The notes under the pieces: generated by a model
What the model was told of the DNA's origin: nothing
Database searches by the model: none
What the model saw: the letters and a program-made list of their open reading frames with translations, nothing else
Made by a program: the position numbers and the translations under genes
Part shown: positions 53,815-64,000 of the stretch, one piece after another
How the letters are laid out: each line of letters opens with the position of its first letter
Numbering within the stretch: position 1 is the first letter of the stretch
NCBI GenBank assembly: GCA_964016885.1
Contig: OZ024745.1
Coordinates: 107,012,001-107,076,000, forward strand
DNA length: 64,000 nucleotides
DNA from: Eledone cirrhosa
Lineage: Eukaryota
Reading direction: 5' to 3'

Positions 53815-54570
53815 GTCAGCATCGTATACATTCCTGTCAGATGGTTGAACGTCTGAAAGTATATACTTTCTTTATGCATATTAACGGCTAGTTCCTGTGT
53901 CAGTGTTGAACAAAAAGGTGACGTGGTTGCCTAAACACTGTACGGCGTAATCCAGGCTGTTTGTTTGTTTACAAACAAACAAACCGAGCATTATAATAAA
54001 TGTTCGGTAAACCGATACGTGCATATATATATATGTGTGCATGTATGTATATATATATATATACATACTACTGTATGTCTGTATACATATATGTATGTAC
54101 GTATACATACATACTTACATTTAAGTAAGTGCCGTACTAAGAGTGAGAAATGAAATTTCGTTTCATTCTATTCCATTTATCGTTTTCGGTGTGCCCGGCC
54201 GACTGAACTCACTCGATATGCAAATTAGGCTGCTCAGCCTTTAATATGCATAAGGAAAGTATATACTTTCAGACGTTCAACCATCTGGCAGGAAGGTATA
54301 CGATGCTGACGATAGCTAATAAGCTTGAAACTAGTACATCGTTCCTGTGTCAGTGTTGAACAAAAAGGTGACGTGGTTGCCTAAACACTGTACGGCGTAA
54401 TCCGGGCTATCTGTTTGTTTACAAACAAACAAACTGAGCAATATAATAAATGTTCGGTAAACCGATACGTGCATATATATATATGTGTGCATGTATGTAT
54501 ATATATACATACTACTGTACGTCTGTATACACATATGTATGTACGTATACATACATACATACTTACACTT
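53813..54570 (+). mobile_element. HHR-containing non-autonomous element: inverted 72-bp arm plus partial tandem unit
   Basis: 53813-53884 is the reverse complement of 54241-54312; 53891-54119 is directly repeated at 54341-54567; HHR at the junction. Confidence 0.75.
54301..54341 (+). ncRNA. Compact type I hammerhead ribozyme motif
   Basis: cgatg-CTGACGA-t-agct-aata-agct-t-GAAA-ctag-TA-catcg: perfect 5-bp stem I, palindromic stem III, GUA triplet. Confidence 0.85.
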
Positions 54571-56289
54571 ATATATATATATATATATAAACAGAAAGTC
54601 ATCTTTCATACATCACACATACATATATTTGTATATTGTTTAAACAACCTTTAAACGTTATTGAGTATCAGCGCGTTTTATATATATTCTATCGTGTGTT
54701 TTGCGCGCGCCTGTGTATATTTGTATATATACGTGTGTTTACTTATAAACATATACACAGATTTCGTTTTTATACTGATATATCTGAAAAATTACTTATC
54801 ATTTTTCACATAATATACGTGAAATATATCGTACATTGGAAATGAGAAAGATTGTGTAATAAATGTATTTGGTTACATATGTTATATCTAAATATACACA
54901 ATCCGATTTGCTTTGTTTGTTTTTGCTTTTTTTTTCATATTCTAGAATATAACTTTTAAAACCTGATTTAAGAAGAAAACGCCCTGGAATTTGGTAATAA
55001 GTGAAGCTGAAGAAAGGATATTATTTCCGAATGTATAATAAATGTATGCAATTTTTCCTTCTCTTTTGGCAAGCGACATGTTTTGTTCTATGTAATTAAG
55101 CCCCTTTAGTTTAGTTGGGGAGTTTCAATGCAGCTTTTTATGCTTGCAGGTCTTATTATCGTTGACCAGCCACAGTTCAGCACTGATAAATGTATTCCTA
55201 TGTTTTAAGGCATTCCAACTGCCCATCTCGTCTATTTGTATCTCTCGATTTATATATACAATGTGATGGCATGGTGTGACGTGCGGGAAATTTGGCTGTC
55301 ATATCTAGCCAATGCAGCGATAGGGTTGAGCCTTCTTCCTTTGATTTAATTGTAGCAGTAAAATATTAGGGATGAGTTAGTCAGCTGGAGCTCCTATATG
55401 CGAGGTTTTGTGTCTGCGTCAGGAATATATATTGATGTTATTTCATGCCTACTCCACTACTGCATGCACATCAGCATTCGGGGGAGTGTGGTGTGAAGTA
55501 TTATTATTTAGGGATAAAAAATTGTGTTTGTATGGTTCACAAGTTGTGCTTTGCTGTGAGGTTAACGTTCTTAGTTGTTTAAGTTTTTTTTTTTATTTTG
55601 TTTTGTTTGATATGTATGTAGAGTAATGATGCACAAATTTTCTCCACAAACTTCACAAAGTAAACGTCGTGAATCCCTAAATATAAATTTAATTTTAACT
55701 GAATTATGTAACTCAATATGGCATAAAACCTGTAGAGAGGCACCAAACGGGAGATAAGAATCATCTGTGGTCCGCCTGGATCTCGTTCTGCATCACTGCT
55801 GTAGAATATTTAAAATGAGAAAAGATATATTTCCACGAGTGCTGTTTGTGGTCTGTATATGCTTTGTGAATAGCGCAATGGTTTATTATCAAACGTCAGT
55901 TGCATGAGCTGTTGGTACAATAGTGTTAATTATCAATTATGCAATAGTTTGTGATGTAATTTCTTTTCGGGTGGTGATTGTTGGGAGTATTTGTTGTGTA
56001 GCATGTTTTTATGGTCATTTAAAGAATATGAGTCGTGAGTGTTGTTAATTTATTTGGTATTAATCTTGTAGGGTATGTGTTTTGTTGGTTTATTGGGCTG
56101 TGTTTGTATAATATACAGGTTGTGTGCAGAGAGTGTATTATTCGAATTTAGTCATTGAATGGGAACTATCTTAATTAAGATGAAAGCTGTCAAAATTGGG
56201 TTATATTTAAGGCTGTCAAAATAGGGTTATATTTAAGGCTATGTATATTGCACCCGGCTCAGATTTTATTTTTTGTTCATAGAATATTT

Positions 56290-56620
56290 TCATGGTTCTT
56301 AGTATTCATATTATTGGTACTATTTTAACTTCCACGCACCAATTCCTATTTATGTCAAATTCAAGATCCTTCTACTTTGATAGTTTCTCCACTTCTTCCC
56401 AGGAGTTGTTTTGGTCAGAAGGGATTGTGATTTTATCAAAGTACAGTCTTTATTAATTATATGTAGACGATATACAATGATTATCTTGCCAGTGTGGATA
56501 AACATAACCCAGATTGTGGCCAACCCGTTGTTATGTACTATATTTAGTGTATGTGCTTTACCACCTGTTATCCAAGTTTACCTCGACGTGTCGGCATACA
56601 TTTTATTCTTTATATCAACA
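56290..56620 (-). pseudogene. Old R4-type restriction-like endonuclease fragment
   Basis: Translates to ITIPSDQN..EEVEKLSK*KDLEFDINRNWCVEVKIVPII. Confidence 0.6.
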
Positions 56621-56660
56621 ATGATTCTTGAAATATTTAAACACACATCCCATTATTTTG

Positions 56661-56718
56661 GGGTTAGGGTTAGGGTTACGGTTAAGGTTAGGGTTAAGGT
56701 TAGGGTTAGGGTTAGGGT
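56661..56718 (+). repeat. Interstitial telomeric repeat (TTAGGG)n, ~9-10 units
   Basis: gggttagggttagggttacggttaaggttagggttaaggttagggttagggttagggtt. Confidence 0.9.
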
Positions 56719-56781
56719 TCATTCATAAACAAATTTATTCTATACATGCATACATACATACATACATACATACATACATAC

Positions 56782-56836
<55 letters not shown>

Positions 56837-56855
56837 CATACGCATACATACATAC

Positions 56856-56898
<43 letters not shown>

Positions 56899-57140
56899 CA
56901 ATCATATACGCAAAAAATATAATTGTGATCTTAACGTTTACAATCTTAATACTTTCTCTGTATCTCTATATACCTTTGTCATTGTGACCGCAACTCACTT
57001 ATAAACACACACAAACATACACACATCAGCACACACAGATGTTTAAATATTCGAATATATATATATATATAAGGTTCTGAGACCGGGGAAACCACAAATT
57101 AGGGCAGTATTTTATGCATGAGAAGAAGCAGAGTTGATTA

Positions 57141-57236
57141 TAGAGGAAGGTAAAACCCGATTGCAACGCCAAGCGGTTTCGCTCGAATACAAGCCCAAAC
57201 CACTTGGTGTCGCGGTCGGGATTTAACCTTCCTCTA
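57141..57236. mobile_element. Imperfect 96-bp fold-back in a short (TA)n-adjacent element
   Basis: tagaggaagg..cccgattgc..ccaag.ggttt / aaacc.cttgg..gcggtcggg..ccttcctcta. Confidence 0.6.
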
Positions 57237-57439
57237 AATATACGAGTATATATTTAAACCTATTAATATGGATTTCACGAGTGTACAAACATAATTTACT
57301 GATATTTATGATATGGATGGTATCTGTTTTGTGAATAGTTTGATCCATACTAATCACCATTGCCGTCATTCAACAACATCTTCCACTCTGTGGATGTTTC
57401 CTCCACCCGCTCTTCTTCCTTCTTCTCGGTATCCTCATA

Positions 57440-58040
57440 ATAACTGTTTCTACTTTTGACACAAGGCCAGCAATTATCTCAGTGCATTACTGGTACTTTA
57501 TTTTATCGATGAAAGGCAAAGTTAACCTCGGCGAGATTTGAACTCATATAATAAAAGGACGTAACTCTATGCTGGAAAGCATGGCGTCCAACCCTCTACT
57601 GATACAGCCAGATCCACCGCCCTTAACCTTATAATAATTGTTTCTACTATTGGCACAAGGCCAGCAATTACCCAGTACATTACTGGTACTTTATTTTATC
57701 GACCCCGTAAGGATGAAAGGCAGAGTCAACCTCGGCGGGATTTGAACTCATATAATAAAAGGACGTAACTCTATGCTGGAAAGCATGGCGTCCGACCCTC
57801 TACTTATACAGCCAGATCCACCGCTCTTATCCTTATAATAATTGTTTCTACTTTTGGCACAAGGCCAGCAATTATTATCTCAGTACATTACTGGTATTTT
57901 ATTTTATCGACGACCCCGTAAGGATGAAAGGCAAAGTTAACCTCGGCGGGATTTGAAATCAGAGCGTTAAGGACCGTAACTCTATGCGTCAAAGCATGGC
58001 GTCTACCGACCCGCCTACCGATACTACCAATCCACTGCCC
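57440..58040 (-). mobile_element. Three head-to-tail SINE copies
   Basis: Flanked and separated by a(t/a)cct(c/t)ataataa direct repeats at ~57431, 57625, 57829, 58044. Confidence 0.9.
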
Positions 58041-58244
58041 TTATCCTCATAATAATAATCTTCATCATGGTCAGCGTCTTCGTAATCACCCCCCCCCTCC
58101 CTCCCACTATCATTGTCATAACCAAAGACAGCACTATCGTTGGAACCCTCCTACACGGCAGACATACCAGCTCATCCACTAGACCTCCCATCATGTTCAG
58201 TAGGAACAGCATCAACAGCAGCATCAGTATCACAATCAGCACAT

Positions 58245-60485
<2,241 letters not shown>

Positions 60486-60494
60486 TACAAGTAA

Positions 60495-61045
60495 TTAATT
60501 CTTTCTAACATTGGCACAAGGTCAGAAATGGAAAAGTCGAATATATCAATCCCAGTACTTAATTGGTACTTACTTTGTCTTATTGACTCAGGAATGGTTT
60601 TACGGACGCTCTAACGATTCTGCCAACCCACCACCCTCAATAATAATAAATGTTTTTACATTTGGCACAAGGCCAGCAATGTGAAAGAAACGGGGAAGTC
60701 GATTAAATCGATTCCAGCGCCTTACTGCTATAAAACGTATAGGAAACATCGGTGGGATTCAGAACGTAAAGAGATATAATTAAACGCTGAATAACATTTT
60801 TTCCGACGCTCTACCCATATCGCCAATCCACCGCCCTTAATAATGAAAAATTATTATTATATTGCAGCATAGAGTTACGGCCCTTTATGATCTGAGTTCA
60901 AACCCCTCCAAGGTTAACTTTGTCTTTCATTCTTACGGGATCGATCAAATAAAGTACCAGTCACGCACTGGGGTCGATTTAATCGACTTTCCCCTCCCCC
61001 AAAATTGCTGGCCTTGTGCCTATAATTGAAATCCTTATTATTATT
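60495..61045. mobile_element. SINE cluster (two old minus copies, one plus copy 60863-61045)
   Basis: Core and tail matches to the main SINE. Confidence 0.8.
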
Positions 61046-63520
61046 ATAATTAAATGTTGTCTTCATCATTGCGCTGTGTTGATGTTAATTACCGGTATTT
61101 TTCTTCTTACCATCAGACTTCATCTCGGAGCTTAAGATGATAAGATTTGCTTTTTATTCTTCTAGGTGGTATCCATGACTTTCCTAATTATTCTCAGTCA
61201 ACTTTCTCTCGTTCTTATTTCTCGAAGTCAGCTTTCTTTCTGGGTGAGATTGGCCGCTCTACTCGTAACTTCATTCTAATTCCCTACCTTTCTGAAGGTG
61301 TGAAAATATTTGGACACTCATGCTTTATTCAAATCAATTTTTTCAGCAACAGATGTTAGCCAGTATCATCTGTATCTTTTGATGTCGAGTTTCAAGCTCA
61401 GACATTTAGTGATTAGTGCATACAATTAGTACTACCTCTTCTCCTGCAGTAGGGTATTTATAATCTTTATTGTTGAGATATCCAACAACTTCATAGGGAA
61501 GTTTTCTGTTTATGTAGATGCTGTCCACCTGTGACCGAAATCCTTACTGTTTACACCTTGGATACGATGTGTTTCCTAATAGCCTTTATCGTATACTATT
61601 ACCCCCCTTCTTTAACACTAGTTCCTTGCTAGAATTAATATGTACGAATTGTCCTCAATAACGGAACGCCCGACCAATCGTTTGTCATCTCTGTCCACTA
61701 TTCACGATTAATTAGCTTTTTGTAAGCTTGCTGAAGGCTTGTCTCAATAACCAATGTATACTTACCGTATAAATCACAAAATCGTGGTCTCTGTAGCTAC
61801 CCATTAAACAACTTTTATGGTACGCCACATTTTATCCAAATCCCGCATCGCCATATTCAACACATACTAACATATACGAAAGGCACGTTCCCAGAGAAAG
61901 TTCTTGATGCCTGAAAAATTATGGCCGTTCGGCGACTTCCCTAATCTAAATTGCCTAGGACTGCTAACATAATGTTGAGTTCAAATCACATTGAGAATTT
62001 CTTCCTCTTAGTTTTATATATTCTTGATGTTTTCTTTCACAGGAGTGAATTGTTTGCACACACAAACTCTATCATGTCATTGTTGTTCTTGAGAAAATAA
62101 ATGTAAATTTGAATAGTGTTTGTTCAAGTTATACTAAAAGGAATGTAAGAAAAGAAACTTTTCTTGTATTTTTTTACTTATCTCAGTCAGTAACGCGGCC
62201 ATGCGGGGGTACTGTCTTGATTCAGTCGATAATTTCGACTTCAGCATCTATTTTTCAATTGACGCTGCACACCAGGTCCGAACACAGAAGAGCCGAACTC
62301 CCACTGTTATCGCCTCCATCTCTCTCGCTCTCCCCATCTCTCTATATTATGAGGAAATGGGGGCCCACGTGCTGGCCGTTCAAGTTATTGTTGTTGCTGC
62401 ATTTGTGTTTGTATTATTGATATCATTTTTTGTTTTTTTTTGTGTAGTTGTTTGTTCATTGTCATTGTTTAAATATGGTTCCTGTTGGTTTATTATTATT
62501 GATGTGTTGTTGTTGCTGTTGTTGTATTTTTGTTTTTCACCTGCTTAACTCACAACTCACATACTACATTTCTCTATTTAGTCTTGAGAATCAGCAAAAA
62601 CCACTTCGTCTTTTAGACATAATCATCTCCCACACCGCAGGGTCACATTCATCACTAGGTGAGAAGTCTGTGGTAGCAAATGTTATGTCCATTTGAATTG
62701 ACTGATTTGTTTTTTTTAGCAGAGGTCACTCCTCTGCGACTATAGTAGAAATGGCAGTTCTTGCTGTATCGTTTGTGTCTTTCGATCTTCATGGTGATGT
62801 TTTTGACAATGACAAACCAACATTGTTGTTAATAATACTGCTTTAATATTAGAGATAGCAGCAGCAGTGTTTTAGTTTATAGAGTCTCTGAGAGAACGCT
62901 TAGAGCGTTTAAATTTTCTTTCGAACACACGTATTATCTAGGAAAGTTAGCCTTCAGTATATTCAATAACATTTCTGAGATACTATGAAACTCCCAGGCG
63001 CAAATAGAATGTACTTCACATATTCCCTCTCTCATATGCTCTGCACACGATTATAGAAAGTCCCGCAGTTGAAAATGTCATGGCCATTGAATAATTTAGG
63101 CATTATGCTCCTTACTATCACTATCATGGTTTGAACCCTTTTAGTCCGATATTAGTCGGAAATTTCTGTAAAGATTCAGGTGTAGTCTACATCGAAATCT
63201 CCAGCTACATCTTCAAGTGTGTATATGTGTGAGTGTGCTAGTATAAATATAAATAGGCGCCTTAGTGTGTATGTGTATCTCCATTTTAAGTAAGCATAAA
63301 TATGTGTATGTATAGTTGTTTACAGAAATATATGTGTATGTAACACTCAATTTATGCGCATATATGTATACATTTCTGCATGAATATGTGTGTGCGCAAA
63401 TGTGTGTTCATGCATATTTATTTCTAAAGAAACAACAAAAGTGATTCAATTTATTCCGATTGATAAGAAAATCATAACATCACACAAACAAACATAGTCA
63501 CAGGAAGACATCTAGTCAAT

Positions 63521-63572
<52 letters not shown>

Positions 63573-63584
63573 ACACATATACAT

Positions 63585-63677
<93 letters not shown>

Positions 63678-63691
63678 TACATACACACACA

Positions 63692-63747
<56 letters not shown>

Positions 63748-64000
63748 TATAGCGTCTAAAGTATGGAAACTACACAACAGACAGAATAACTGAATTATTG
63801 AATAAATAAATAAATAAATATATTTAAACAAGAAAACAAAATTATAAACATATAAATATTATATCAATAAGAGAGCGGCAAGATTACCAGCTTGATAAGG
63901 TTTCGAATCACTTAAACAGATTCCAACATCACCGAAGGGGAATTGGAAAAAGACAAAGACTGGACAGTATGACTCCGCAGAAAATGAGGGACTTTACGCT

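Noticed and set aside
53843-53870. Second HHR (agatg/cgtct-GAAA-gtatatac-TT)
   Set aside because: No CTGANGA upstream (cctgtc or cctgcc in the two copies) and no stem I.
55400-56100. Possible decayed PLE N-terminal ORF on the minus strand (also 2830-3330)
   Set aside because: Only faint motif resemblance with many stops; cannot be supported without a profile search.
61050-62000. Possible old RLE-type retroelement on the minus strand
   Set aside because: Too degenerate to assign by eye.

Overview
AT-rich, microsatellite-saturated eukaryotic DNA with no credible host protein-coding exon. The repeat complement (tRNA-derived SINEs with a Meta/MESC-like core, R4/Dong, RTE, Tx1-like and Penelope-like elements) looks like an octopod cephalopod genome (inference). 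Nearly all ORF-track entries are microsatellite or minisatellite artefacts; the only real protein remnants are decayed retrotransposon RT/endonuclease pieces. The main finding is a dispersed set of sequence-diverse minimal type I hammerhead ribozyme (HHR) motifs: seven complete by eye (502, 1490, 15149, 15442 minus, 16049, 47827, 54301) plus several truncated or degenerate ones. Most sit in short (TA)n-flanked fold-back elements typical of Penelope-like element (PLE) termini. They have short, mostly palindromic stem III, stem II from 14 to ~116 nt, and AUA/GUA/GUU cleavage triplets. One lies at the junction of a ~450-bp retrozyme-like tandem unit. Also notable: R4/Dong elements sitting in (CATA)n tracts next to RTE-derived elements, and a ~1-kb inverted duplication. 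All folds and alignments were done by eye; no ribozyme activity is demonstrated.
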